Source: Paraspadella gotoi
Taxonomy: Eukaryota > Animalia > Chaetognatha
Length of the DNA: 38,558 nucleotides
NCBI GenBank assembly: GCA_051294375.1
Contig: CM119268.1
Coordinates: forward strand, 20,028,781 to 20,067,338
Direction of reading: 5' to 3'
The notes under the pieces are model-generated. The model had not been told where the DNA came from. It was given only the letters and a program-made list of their open reading frames with translations, and ran no database searches. The position numbers and the translations under genes were made by a program. This document shows, one piece after another, positions 21,954-33,871 of this stretch; position 1 is the stretch's first letter, and the number at the start of each line of letters is the position of its first letter.

Positions 21954-22530
21954 TCGGCAGTTGCAGAACATGCAACAAACTCAGGCCATCTGTTTAGAGA
22001 AGAAGACTGTCTCGTGCTGTCCCATGACGCAAAACTGGTTCTCAAGAGGCATTAGAGAGGCGATTTACATCAAAGCCCTCGAACCCTCTTTGAACTGTGA
22101 TGGAGGACGATTCGAACTCCCTCCAAGCTATGATTCGCTAATCAAAACTGTGGTGGAGCACCCAACGCCACCTCAGCCGCACGGTGATTCCCCTGTCCCC
22201 ACTCAACGGGTCAGGCGGAGACCTCCTAGCAGGCAATGGACATCTGATGCCTCTCCTGAGCCTGCAGCAACTTGGCACGACTCTTCTCGTGCTGAGCGCC
22301 GCCCAAAACGACGGCTGCAAGAGGAGGGAGAGGAGTCTGTATCTCCCGTTTCAAAACAGGCCAGAACAGACAACTGCCTGCCTCACCGTCAGGTGAGAAG
22401 AGGGCTCTCGGCAGGCCTATCAGGCCAGAGAGATATCAAGTGGCACTTGGCATTTTTCAGCCGGATCTTTGCCAGACCCGACCAATCCCACTCCACCACA
22501 ATATCCTCTCAGCCCATTACAGGCCAATGA
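21954..22530 (+). pseudogene. C-terminal part of a PLE GIY-YIG endonuclease (Penelope/Poseidon-like) plus low-complexity tail
   Basis: SAVAEHATNSGHLFREEDCLVLSHDA, a +1 frameshift in the A4 run at 22031-22034, then NWFSRGIREAIYIKALEPSLNCDGGRFELPPSYDSLI. This matches the PLE pattern SAVxxH...H...R..KEAI.I...LNRD.G..L...Y. Confidence 0.9.
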
Positions 22531-22888
22531 ACCGAGCACATCGGTAATGTCCCTCATTTGCCCGGCCAGGGGGGGCAGCTCATTTTTGAGCTCTTTCTCA
22601 TCTTATTTTTCTCTAAAAACTTACCTTAGCTATCCCTCACAACTTATTCTTCCATTTCATATTTCATATTTCATTCTTACTATTAAACAATTCTCCAAAC
22701 ATTTATTTATCACTAACTTATGTTACTTTAGTTTTTTCACTTCTATTCATTGTTGTACATTGCCAAATGTATTGATCTCTCTCTCTCTTTCTTTTTCACC
22801 AATCTCAAATTCACTCACTCTCCTTCCCTTCCCTCACTTTCTCCTGTCCTAACATCTGACCACTGTCCTTTACTCAATTTCTTTGTTG

Positions 22889-22955
<67 letters not shown>

Positions 22956-23018
22956 ATATCTCCCTCCTTCTCTCTCTCTCTCTACAACATATAAAAAGTT
23001 TGTGAAAGTATCTTTTTC

Positions 23019-23062
23019 AATGCTGATGAAGACTCGAAAACTAGAGTCGAAACTTGTCCATT
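23019..23062 (+). ncRNA. Hammerhead ribozyme in the 3' pLTR
   Basis: CTGATGA at 23023-23029, stem II GACTC/GAGTC, GAAA at 23049-23052, GTC cleavage triplet at 23056-23058, stem I AATG/CATT. Confidence 0.9.
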
Positions 23063-23684
23063 ACATAACAATAAATGTTGTTAAAGCGCGAAAAAATTTC
23101 GTTTTTCCATTAAAATTACATTCGAAATATAAAGGTGCCCTTAGACCTTGCCATATATGAAAAGTTTTGAAATCAAAAAACGAGTATTGTGGAAAAGGTG
23201 CCCATACATCATATGAATTTTTTGAACATTTTTTTTCAAAAAAAAATTTACAGTAAATGCTGCCAACTTTGAAAAAAATGAAAAAAATGGTAAAAAATGG
23301 ACTTTTTACTAAATATCTTTAAAAACTTTATTGCAAGAGGGACGAAACCCAAACTATCTTGTAGAGCGGAAAAAATTGACTGTGTTACATATCTTGCATT
23401 ATAAATTAAGTGAATTTTTTACTAAGTAAAATTTTTTTTAAAACCTATTGTTTGAAAAATATTTTGTAAAAAAAATTATGGCGAATTGAATAAAGAAATA
23501 ATTGCCTTGTTTTGCTGAAAGAATTTTTAAAAAAGGATTATCGGTTAAAAAGTTATAATTTTTTTAAATTAAAAAAAATCACTTTTCTTAATAATTATTT
23601 TTATTTAATAGGTTTGAACTAGGCTAAAGGGAAAAAGGGAATGCACTTTTCTCAGAGTAAATAAAAAAATAGTAAATTCTGATT

Positions 23685-24560
23685 TGACAATGGGTAACTT
23701 TAATATTTTGTCTCACCAGGTCATTAAAGTTTTTTTTTTATTTTTATCATTTTATAATAGAATTATGTCTTTTAAATAAGGTAGTTTTTTTATTTTTTTT
23801 TCTATATAAAGAAAAAGAAAAATTGACAAAAGCGATTAAATGATTAAAAATTGATAAAATGAGACAAAAAGAGTAAAACTAATGAAACTTAAGCAACTGA
23901 GAGAAGAGTTGCTTGCTGCTTACCGATTGAGAAAAAAAAGTCATCATCTAGAGTGCCAAAGAAAGAAAACTAGTTATTCTATTTTTTTCATAAATTACCT
24001 TTGTCAAGCTAGTTCTCCAAAACTGAGTTGAATTATAATTTGTGTTAAATATATTGCTTAATCAAAGGTTGTAAAAGACTTGGAAAAATATATTAAGCTT
24101 GCTTGATTAATTTAAGAATAGATCCGACTTATTAATAAATTCATCAACTATAAAAGATATGAAATGAATAAAAATCAAAGATGAATTAAAAATTATATTT
24201 ATTTCAAAACTAAATCGACTATTTACAATAGACTTAATTATTACCTATAAATCATGAATAGATAACAAAAAATAGATAAACTAGTTTTTTTTCTTTGGCA
24301 CTATACCTTTTTTTTCTCGGCCGGCAAACAGCAAGCAACTCTTTTCTCAGTTATTTAACTTTCATTAATTTCACTTTTTGTCTCATTTTATCAATTTTTA
24401 ATCATTTAATCGCTTTTGTCAATTTTCTTTATATTTTATATAGAAAAAAAATTAAAAAAACTACCTTATTTAAAAGTCATAATCCATTAAATAAATGATA
24501 AAAATTTAAAAAAACTTTAGATGACCTGGTGAGACAAATTATTAAATTTACCCATTGTCA
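23685..24560. mobile_element. MITE/foldback element with ~290-bp imperfect inverted arms
   Basis: tgacaatgggtaa...gtctcaccaggtcat...aattgacaaaagcgattaaatgattaaaaattgataaaatgagacaaaaag (23685-23985) is mirrored at 24270-24560; no clear TSD. Confidence 0.88.
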
Positions 24561-25912
24561 TATAGGGGCACTGCCCCTATATGTATGTATGTATGTATCC
24601 CTCTCAGAACATACAATTCTACTATGTAGTCTTATTCTTATGGTAAAAATAATCATACAATATAACCTTAATCCCCCAAAAAATTATCCATATCCCCCCT
24701 TTTTTTCGGCCTTGTAGATATTATGAGTTTCTCATTAATGATTTTCCAACAGGAATGATGTACGATATCTATAATATATTTAAATATTTAATACAAAAAT
24801 ATTTAACAAATAAATAAAATTATAAATATTAGTTATTTTAAATTTAAAAAATAAAAAAAAGATAGTGAAACAAGTAATTTTGTAACTTTAATACGTATTT
24901 TTTACTTTTTAGTTTTAGTTTTCTAGAACTCATTTTCTAATAACTTTTCCTTTTATTTACTTCTCATTTTTGTATTGATATTCTTTTTCTCTTTCTCTCC
25001 TCTATTCCTATTTTGAGAAAGTTCTTAGGCAAGATAGCTTTGTAAAAAAGGTTATATATCTCGCTGTTTCTTTCCCTAATTTTCTCTCTAAGAAGAATTC
25101 GTCTGGTTTCAAGCCAGATATTTCATGGTCACTGATCCTTTTTATCGTCGTCGTTGTCGTCGTCGTCGTTGTTGTCGTCAGCGTTCCAAATTATAGATCG
25201 CCTTTTTTATGATTAAATTTGGGTGTATGAAGCTGAAAATTTATATACAGCTTCTCATCATCGATGTGCTTAAAATTGAGTCTGGACAGTTATTAAATAT
25301 GTTTTAAGTTTTATCAAAACAAACAAATTTTCTCTCTTTTATTTTCATATTTCTTTCTCTCTCTTTTATCTTTTAATTACATGTCTCTCTTCCTCTCTCT
25401 ATTCGCTAATCACTGATTCATAATCATAGGGAAAAAAGCGAGTCTGCAGCTGGCTCTGCAGGGGCTTATTCTGTTGGACATAAATAGTGCCGGAATCTAG
25501 ATTCAGATTTTCAAAAAACTTTCAAAATATGATCAGAACCATATTTAATGGAAATTAGATACACAGCCGGTAGGTCAAGTAAGCTCAAAAGGTTAGTAAT
25601 AAAAATCGACTGACTCGAATATGCAAATGAGATTAATGCGTCATCGTAAGGTTGAATATAAGGCAAAAGAGAGCATAAACATTTTAATAATAACTATTTT
25701 TTTTAAAAAACAATTAATAAATATGTTTTAATTTGTTTTGATAGTTCTGTTTAATAAAAAATATTTAAAAAAGTTAATCTAATAATATTAACATGGCTAT
25801 CAAAATTTTACAAATTGGATTTTTTTTTTCTTTTTTAATTTTAAGAAAATATTTTAAAAAATATATGTTTTTTAATAAGCAATCAATTGGTGAAAGAAAA
25901 TTATATTATTAA

Positions 25913-26462
25913 ATACCATTGAAACATTCTTAGAAACATTTTACCACTTCATTATTATCATTATTGATATGAAATAAAATTCTTACTAATAGGGAAGCCA
26001 GGTACTTTGGAATGAATAAACGAGACTGTGAGAGAGTCTTGAATGAAAGGTTACAGGGACCTGCTATGTCATTATCTTGTAAGAGTGATGGAGGTATTAA
26101 ACCACCAAAGCCTATCCAAAGTGAGGGGCAAGATAGCTTATTTAATAAATGAATGAATAATTTTTATATTGGTCGTACCAATTTCATAAAATTCAGCTCC
26201 TTGTATTTTGATGCTGAGTAGAGTATAATATAGTATTCCCCGATCTAATACTTAAGGGAGTGGTCATTTCATACAATTGAAACATTCTTTGAAACATTAT
26301 ACCACTTCATTGATAGGGAAGACAGGTACTCTGGGAGTGAATAAACGAGACATGTCATTATCTTGTAAGAGTGATGGAGGCCTTAAACCACCAAAGTCAG
26401 GGAAAAAATAGCTTATTTATTAAATGAATGGATAATTTTTATATTGGTTGTACCAATTTCAT
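25913..26462 (+). repeat. Tandem pair of a ~200-280-bp dispersed repeat
   Basis: Copies at 25913-26190 and 26272-26462 (second with an internal deletion); inverted copies at 26716-26790 and 33387-33580. Confidence 0.88.
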
Positions 26463-27984
26463 ATTATAAACACTTTTAATGGGGAAAAGTCATTGACTCT
26501 TTTTGACGAAAACTAATTTCTTCTTTTTCGATTTTTGTACCAATCGACTTTGTCGTCCTATAACTTTCTAACACTTTGCTCGATTTTATTCGGACTTGTA
26601 CCAATCGCTTTATCATGTAATAAGCTTTATTTTATGTATCTATATCTTTGTTAAATTAAGCCATCCAATACGGTTTTTTTCGATGTGAAAAAGTGGTTTT
26701 CTTTGCGCCGTAGTGTACAAGATAATGACAGAGCAGTTCCTTGTAAGCATTCAATCAAGACTCTTTCACAAACTCGTTTATTTATTCCCACAATATAATT
26801 TTGACATAATTGTATTTGCAAGTATAAAAAGTATTTTTTTTTGCTAAATATTTTGAATTATTTTTTAAGTTATTATCAGTGGTAAAAGATTTAACAAGAA
26901 TAAAAGTTTTTTTCTGGAAACAAATACGAAATATAGAGAGAGACTAAGAGAGAGAAAGGGAGAGAGAGAGAGAGAGAGAAAGACACAGATTGACCCAAAA
27001 GTATTATTTTTAGATATAGGCTTTATAATAGTGTAAAGTAATAAAAGTTGGAATTTGATAAAACTGAACCTCACCCATGACAAATGAAAGATTTACCCTC
27101 GTTTTTTTAATTACCTCCAAGTGGCCCCAAAATTAAAATTTTTAAATAATATTAATTTTTTTGCTGTTATATCTTATTAGCTCAAATAAAATGATAATGC
27201 TCACTCTTTTCCTAGTGATGTATAATAACTATGACAAAGACGGAGAGAATCACAAAAACAATCATGAAGAGAGCGCTGGAAAGGAAAGCATCTGAAGAAT
27301 CCTTGCTATTAAAGTATTTTGATATGATTCAAGTAATCAGTACCAAAATGGTGATGAGAAAAACAAAAAAACTGATTGAACTGTATCTCTTTCTGTCTCA
27401 ATAGCTTTTCGTCATTGCTTCACTGTCTTACTATCTTTCAAGATTAAGTTACAAGAAACCTTCATTGCAATAGTATTTTCATGTGTTTTTTAGTGCTTAA
27501 TATTATTTTTTTATCCTATCTGCTGATCAAACTATATATACTAGCTTTTAAATTCGATTTTATTATATTTATTTAACTTTTTATATAAGATTAATAAGTT
27601 TTTATTAAATTAAAATATTACTGTGAAACGTTAATCTCATTTGCATATTGGAGTAACCCGATTTTTATTATGAACCTTTTGGCTTTGTAGACAAAAAATC
27701 GTTCTATCTCAAATCTCTTATTTTGTTACCAAGGTAATATTCCCAAGGTTTTGTAAAGCTATTCCAACCCGCTCCATAGGAAGCTTGCCAGGCTAACAAT
27801 TCTTTTTCTCCCTTTTCTCCTGCTGCTTCTGCTGCTGCCTTTAGAGTCTGCATCTAGCTCTGCAGGGGTTCTTTCTTTTTCTCTCTTTTCTCCTGCTGCT
27901 TCTGCTACTGCCTTTTGATTTCTTTCTTTTTTTCTGGGTGCCTCTGCTGCTGCCGCTGCTGATTTATCTGAAAACGACTTGGCT

Positions 27985-28026
<42 letters not shown>

Positions 28027-28139
28027 TAATTTTTTTCCTCTAAAAACTAATATTATCGCCATTTATTCCTAAATTTAAATCCAAGATTTTCGTGGATTTT
28101 TTTCCCTAAATATTCTAAATATCAATCAGAATAATATTT

Positions 28140-28890
28140 TTTTTTAATATATATTTACTTTATTATTTTATTTTACTTTACTTCACTTTAGTCCTTACTT
28201 ACTTCGTTAGTCTGATTCAAGTTTCACTTTGTCTTTTGTCTGGGAATGCTGACAGTGTTTAGAGAGGTCGCATTCTATCAAATTGCTTGCTTATGCGGCT
28301 AAAAGTAAAACAAAAGTACCTTCAATAATGTCTCTCCAGACTTAGCACTTGTAAAAATTAAACTCGAAAATAAGTTATTTTACTGTTTTATATTTATTAT
28401 TCTTTTTTTTTTCTTTATTTTTTTCAAATTTGATTTTTTAGTATCAAAATTTGTCGTCAATCCATATTTTTCTTATGCGATTGCGACGATCCTTATGCTT
28501 TAAAATTTTTTTTAATAAATATTTACTTTATTATTTTATTTTACTTTACTTCATTTTACTTTACTTTAGTCTTTACTTCACTTCATCAGTCTGATCTAAG
28601 TTTCACTTTCTTTTATCTGGGAATGCTGACAGTGTTTAGAGAGGTCGCATTCAATCATACTGCTCGCTTATGCGGGCTAAAAGTAAAACAAAAGTACCTT
28701 CAATAATGTTTCTCCAGACTTAGCACTTGCTAAAAATTAAACTCAAAAATAAGTTATTTTATTGTTTTATATTTATTATTCTTAATTTTTTTTTCTTTAT
28801 TTTTTTCAAATTTGATTTTTTTAGTATCAAAATTTGTCGTCAATCCAGATTTTTCTTATGCGATTGCGACGATCCTTATGCTTTTAAGAT
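28140..28890. repeat. ~375-bp direct tandem duplication
   Basis: ctgggaatgctgacagtgtttagagaggtcgcattc and gcgattgcgacgatccttatgctttt each occur twice about 380 bp apart. Confidence 0.92.
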
Positions 28891-30326
28891 TTTTTGGACT
28901 GGTTTTTAAATCTCGAAAATTAAGAAATATGCATGTAGATAATGTTTGCAATTGTTTATCGAACGCTACCAAATTTGATATAAAACAATGAGTTGTTTAG
29001 AAACGATGCTCATGCCCAATTAAGACCAAAGCAGATAAAAGTCGGCCTAAAAGCCAATTTCTCAGGGTTTTTAGAAGTATTATTGTATTAAATAATCGCC
29101 AATAAAGTATTAAAATTATAACAAAATCAAATATCTAGAAGCTGATTTTTTTGAAAATTCAAAATTTGTTCTCTATTTCCAGATCTAAAATTCTCAATGC
29201 TCAAAATATTTTTTTTCTAAATATTTTTTTCTTAATTTTTTAAGAAATAAAAATATATATGGTATAGAAGTTATAGTCCAAACTGTTTTAAAATATACAT
29301 ATATGATTACAATAACAGGGCTTAACTCAAAATATTTTCCTTATTCTTTACCTCAACCCAGGAGAAATACAGTAAAAAAAGGAAGTCAAATCTTAAAAAA
29401 GTGGAAAAATAAATTGTCATTTTAGTTTTCAAATTGATTGATCTAAAACTTATATTTTCTAAATTCAAAATTATGAAATAATAGATCAGAGAGTAAGATC
29501 TTTTTTTTCAGCTATCATTTGGTATATAATTATAATCATTTTTAATATTTTTTGGCTATATAGTTAAACTGACAAATCAAGGGGTATAAAATTGTTATAG
29601 ATTTTCGCCACTACGAGTCTGCTTCTTACTGCCTTTTTATTAATTTTTTTTTTGTAAATAAGTGAGGGTTATGGTAAAAGTAAAGGTTTGGTAGAACCAA
29701 ACGCGTACATTATTATTAATATAAAGCTTAAAGTTTGGCTCACAGATAAAAAAATGTGCTAAAAATTTGCATGGGTAGGTTTCGCCACGTTAACTTTCAT
29801 CGTGTCCTAACTATATATTTTTTCCAATTAACAACATAGTAGTTGCCCCAATCTGATATTTAAAAAAAACATTTTCTTCCTGATTTACAATAAAAACAAA
29901 AGATTCTATGGGATGCGGCATTAATGCTGCTGCGGCCGGACCGCGGCATTCGCTGCGGAATGTTTCCCATCGACAACTAAGGCGACTGTATTCAGCTTTA
30001 AAGAGGAAGGAGTTTTTGTTTGTTCTCAACCAAAATTTAAAAAAAAGGAAGTAAAAAATTTTCTTTTCTTTGTGTTTTCTTTCTCTTCCTTTGATTACCT
30101 GGGAAAAGGGGAAATGACATCTAGGTCATAATGGTTCCCCTCTTTATTTTTTTAGGCCCTCTATTCTGTCGCTCTCTCTTTATCTTTCTCTCGCTTTTTC
30201 TCCATTATTTTGTCGTTTAAAGAGACAAGCAAAGTTAGTGAAACTTTCAATTCAATTTATTATTTTTCCGTAAGTAAAAACGCGTGGGATAAACTTTTAT
30301 TTTATTTTATGAATTACAATTATATT

Positions 30327-30520
30327 TAGGAAAGACAGTTTTAGATGGAACAACGATTTTTTATTTACATTTGGGACATATTTCGACTCTTGTAAGAGTC
30401 TTCATCATCTTATTTTTAATATATTATACCAAAATGAGTCATTGAGTTAATTGAATATCAATTTAAGCAAATTTGATAAACAATCACCCCTAGTTGTTAC
30501 ATTTTGTAAAAAATTGAAAT
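30327..30520 (-). mobile_element. Degenerate Penelope-like pLTR with decayed hammerhead (30372-30410)
   Basis: Minus strand ATGATGA-A-GACTCTT-ac-AAGAGTC-GAAATATGTC followed by aataaaaaatcgttgtt, as in the other copies; core C-to-A change. The upstream boundary is approximate. Confidence 0.72.
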
Positions 30521-30792
30521 AATGCAGTCGATTTTTTTAAATTTTTATAAAAAAATGGCATAATTATTTTCAAACATTGATAATTGTTATTTACGTGTGA
30601 ATGCTGTTAGGTTTTTTTCAAAATTGTTTCTTTTCACCTATACGTTAAACCCCTTTTTTCCCTGCTTTACATTTTCTTTAATATCACGACGACCACAACT
30701 CTAGTCAACAACCTATCGGCATATTGCTTTCATAAACCAGCGTCTCCGGTGGATTTATCAGGGGCCGAAGAAAATTCAGAGAATCTTGCATT

Positions 30793-31345
30793 GAAGGAAA
30801 GAGGGAGGAAAGAAGAAGGAAAGAAGAAAGATAGAGGTAAAGGAGAAAGCAAAGAGGGAGGAATCGGAAAGGAAAGATACAAATTAAAGAGGGAGGAATG
30901 AGGCAGGAAACAGGGAGAAAATAGAAAGGAAAGAAGAAAGATCGGGGTAAAAAAGAGTAAGTAAAGAGGGAGGAATGGGGCTGAAAGATAGATGAAAAAG
31001 GGAGGAAAGAAGGAAAAAGGGAGAAAATAGACAGGAAAGAAGAACAATTGGGGGAAAGGAGAAGGTAAAGGATGAATAGGGAGGAAAGATGGATAAAATA
31101 TAGAGGAAGGAGTGAGAAGAGAGGGAGTATTTTTGGGGAAAAGGAAAAATACAGGAAGGAAAGAGGGAGGAATGTTGCAGAAAGTGAGCAGGAATGACTA
31201 GATGGATTTAAAAATATTAAGAAAAAGGTTAAAAAGTGAAATAACGTGAAGGAAATTTTAAAAAAGGAGGTAAAAAATTAGAAGAGGCAAGAGCGTACCT
31301 TGAAAAGAAAGGGAAGAAAGTAAAAGAAAGGAAAGGAAGGAACGA
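30793..31345. repeat. Purine-rich low-complexity tract
   Basis: Strong A/G strand bias with recurring agagggaggaatg. Confidence 0.8.
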
Positions 31346-31799
31346 AATGTCTTAATGCTATACGGTGCAGCCATTCTCCGCACAACCTGCTTATGCCAGT
31401 GAATGGCTCTCTCTCTCTGTCAGCCCAGCGCTGCACTGAGTGCCAGCGTGGTGCTGGCTATGGTGTGCGTGAGAGCGACCGACGAGGAAAATGAGAAGAG
31501 CGTGCTTCACCATAGCAACGCGCCCGTGCAATGGCGGCGGAGGAGGCAGCGGCGGCAGCGGCGGCGGCGGCCACACGCGGCCCCTATGGTGATTTTTTTT
31601 CCTCGGAAGGCATGGAGGGGGTCGTTGCGTTGGCGTCGCTGCAGAGAGAGAGACAGAGAGAGAGAGAGACAGAGACACTCGCCAGTAACTTCACTCCAAC
31701 GTTTTTTTCTTCGTCTTCGCTTCTTTTCGTCTCCACGAAAATTTTTTGGGCGAAAAAAAAAATTCGACCCCATGTCAGTTCGCAAGGACACCCAGGGCA

Positions 31800-32291
31800 T
31801 TTAAAAATAAAAAAATATAACAAATCGAATATGGTACATAGCTATTTTAGTGTAATAAAGTCTGTAGAATTCGATGTTGATAACCATTTGTTTGTATAGT
31901 TTCATCTTCTTTGTCGAAAATGGCGATTTTTTATTTTTTTTTATTTTTTAACTTTAACCTAATTTTTACTCATACTTATTAGATATAAATATAAATATAG
32001 CTAACTAACTTTTTATAAAATATAAAATTTAAAAATAAACTTACCAAAATATTTTTATAAGTCTTTATTTTTATATTTCAAAAGCTCATGTAAATTTTAT
32101 ACAATTTAAATAATTTGATTTATCATAATTTATATCTTTTATGACAATTTAATATACATTTAAATCGTCATTTTCGACAAGAAAGATAAAATTATACAAA
32201 AAAATGGTCATCACCATCGGATTCTACGGACTTGTTTACACTAAAGTAGCTATGTACTTTATTCGATTTGTTATATTTTATTATTTTTAAA
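31800..32291. mobile_element. MITE-like element with ~130-bp imperfect inverted arms, TTTAAA at both ends
   Basis: aatataacaaatcgaata...gtacatagcta...tgtcgaaaatggcgattt (31800-31930) is mirrored at 32162-32291. Confidence 0.85.
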
Positions 32292-32486
32292 CGTCAACCA
32301 CGTCAAGTAAGAATCGGAGCCATGTCCTAGAAATAATTCCTACATGTCCGTTCTAACTCATATAATGCCGCCACAATTTTATACTTTTAGAATTTTTTAA
32401 TTCTCGTCACTAAGCTTTATTTTTCATTACTTTCGCTTTTTAAATTTAGACTCATCCATTTTTTCTCCTAGAGTTCGTGATGCTCG

Positions 32487-32581
<95 letters not shown>
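32487..32581. repeat. (CT)n microsatellite
   Basis: Direct reading; a shorter tract lies at 27989-28023. Confidence 0.97.
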
Positions 32582-32583
<2 letters not shown>

Positions 32584-33386
32584 TCGTCTCTTTTTTCCCT
32601 CTTCTGTACCTCAATCCTAGTTTCTCTCGACACGAGATGTACGCTTCTATCGATAAGTCTGATCCGCCACGCTAGACCACACACATCAAGGCAACTTCAT
32701 ATAACATCTCCTAGATCAGACATATTTCTTTCTCTCCCCTTTCAATCCTATCTTTTCTTTCAATTTTTTCCCATAAATCCTATTTCCCCCATTTATTTTT
32801 AATCTTCCCCGTAGCTGTTTTCTCCTTTCTCCAATTTATCTTATCTCTCTTCTTTATCATACTACATTCCCATTGTTTTCTCTCCGACTAACATCCCACA
32901 AACCACCATCGTTCCTCCTCCACCGCTAACCACCACCGCCACCACCTTCTCCACCTCCCGAAACAGGCCGGCCCATTTGCCCGTCATGAACGCCTTTCAT
33001 GACGGAGCCGGTCTCCATGCCCGGAATGACTTCGTTGGGGTGGATGGGGTGGATCCCCTGTGTGGAGAGAGGAGGCTGAAGCCGGGCCAAGTTCGCTCCT
33101 TTCCTTTCCTCCTTTTCCTCCCTTTTCTTTCCTTCCTTTCTTTTCTCTTTTCTCCGGAAAAAAAAATTTTCGGGTTTTCAGTTTTCAAAAATTTCTGGAT
33201 ATTCTTTTCTCTTTTTTTAATTTGAATTTCGCATCTCTATTTTTCGTTGAATTTTTTTTCCTCGGTGTCATCTTTCTAATTCTTTCGCTTCTTGTTTTCT
33301 CTTATTATAATCGTCACAACATATTTTCTCAAAAATATTACTCGCTTTCAATTGTCAATTTTATACGTAACCTGTAATTATATATC

Positions 33387-33580
33387 TATGAAATTGGTAC
33401 AACAAATATAAAAATTATCCATTCATTTAATAAATAAGCTATCTTGCCCCTGACTTTGGACAGGCTTTGGTGGTTTAAGGCCTCCATCACTCTTACAAGA
33501 TAATGACATAGCTGGCCCCTTCAAGCTTTCAATCAAGACTCTCTCACAGTCTCGTTTATTCACTCCCAGAGTACCTGGCT
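33387..33580 (-). repeat. Inverted copy of the 25990-26190 dispersed repeat
   Basis: Reverse complement reads agccaggtactctgggagtgaataaacgagactgtgagagagtcttg...ccaatttcata. Confidence 0.88.
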
Positions 33581-33775
33581 GCGTATAACAAAATTTGGAT
33601 GCGTTTCTTTTCTTGTCTATTTCCTCCAAATGAAAAGAAAAAAAGTCGTATAACTGACTTATTAATTTAATTTGGGATTTGGCGACTTAAACTCTAATTA
33701 CTCCAATAATATCATCTTCTTTTCCAGTGTAATTTTTTTTCTTTTCTTATTCTTTTGCCTTCCAATGAATTCTAT

Positions 33776-33780
<5 letters not shown>

Positions 33781-33869
<89 letters not shown>
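33781..33869. repeat. (CT)n microsatellite
   Basis: Direct reading. Confidence 0.98.

Positions 33870-33871
<2 letters not shown>

Larger units (their letters stand above)
21571..23109 (+). mobile_element. 5'-truncated Penelope-like element with inverted pLTR and 15-bp TSD
   Basis: Near-identical inverted arms at 21608-21949 and 22765-23108; TTAAAATTACATTCG directly repeated at 21556-21570 and 23110-23124; GIY-YIG C-terminal remnant between the arms; 37-bp extra tail at 21571-21607. Confidence 0.93.

Noticed and set aside
28560-28592. Additional hammerhead (CTGATGA on the minus strand)
   Set aside because: No GAAA follows a stem II and there is no helix III; the same applies to CTGACGA near 885, 7731 and 38530.
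18417-29808. One 11-kb element bounded by inverted gacac.atgaaa..taacgtggcgaaac motifs
   Set aside because: The ~30-bp match is real but diverged, there is no shared TSD, and the sequence interrupted at 18417 does not resume after 29808. They are more likely ends of two separate copies.
29870-29975. MALAT1-type triple helix plus mascRNA
   Set aside because: AAAAACAAAA-GA and TTTTCTTCCTGA are reminiscent, but the second U-rich strand, the ENE stem and the GTTCRA T-loop are absent.
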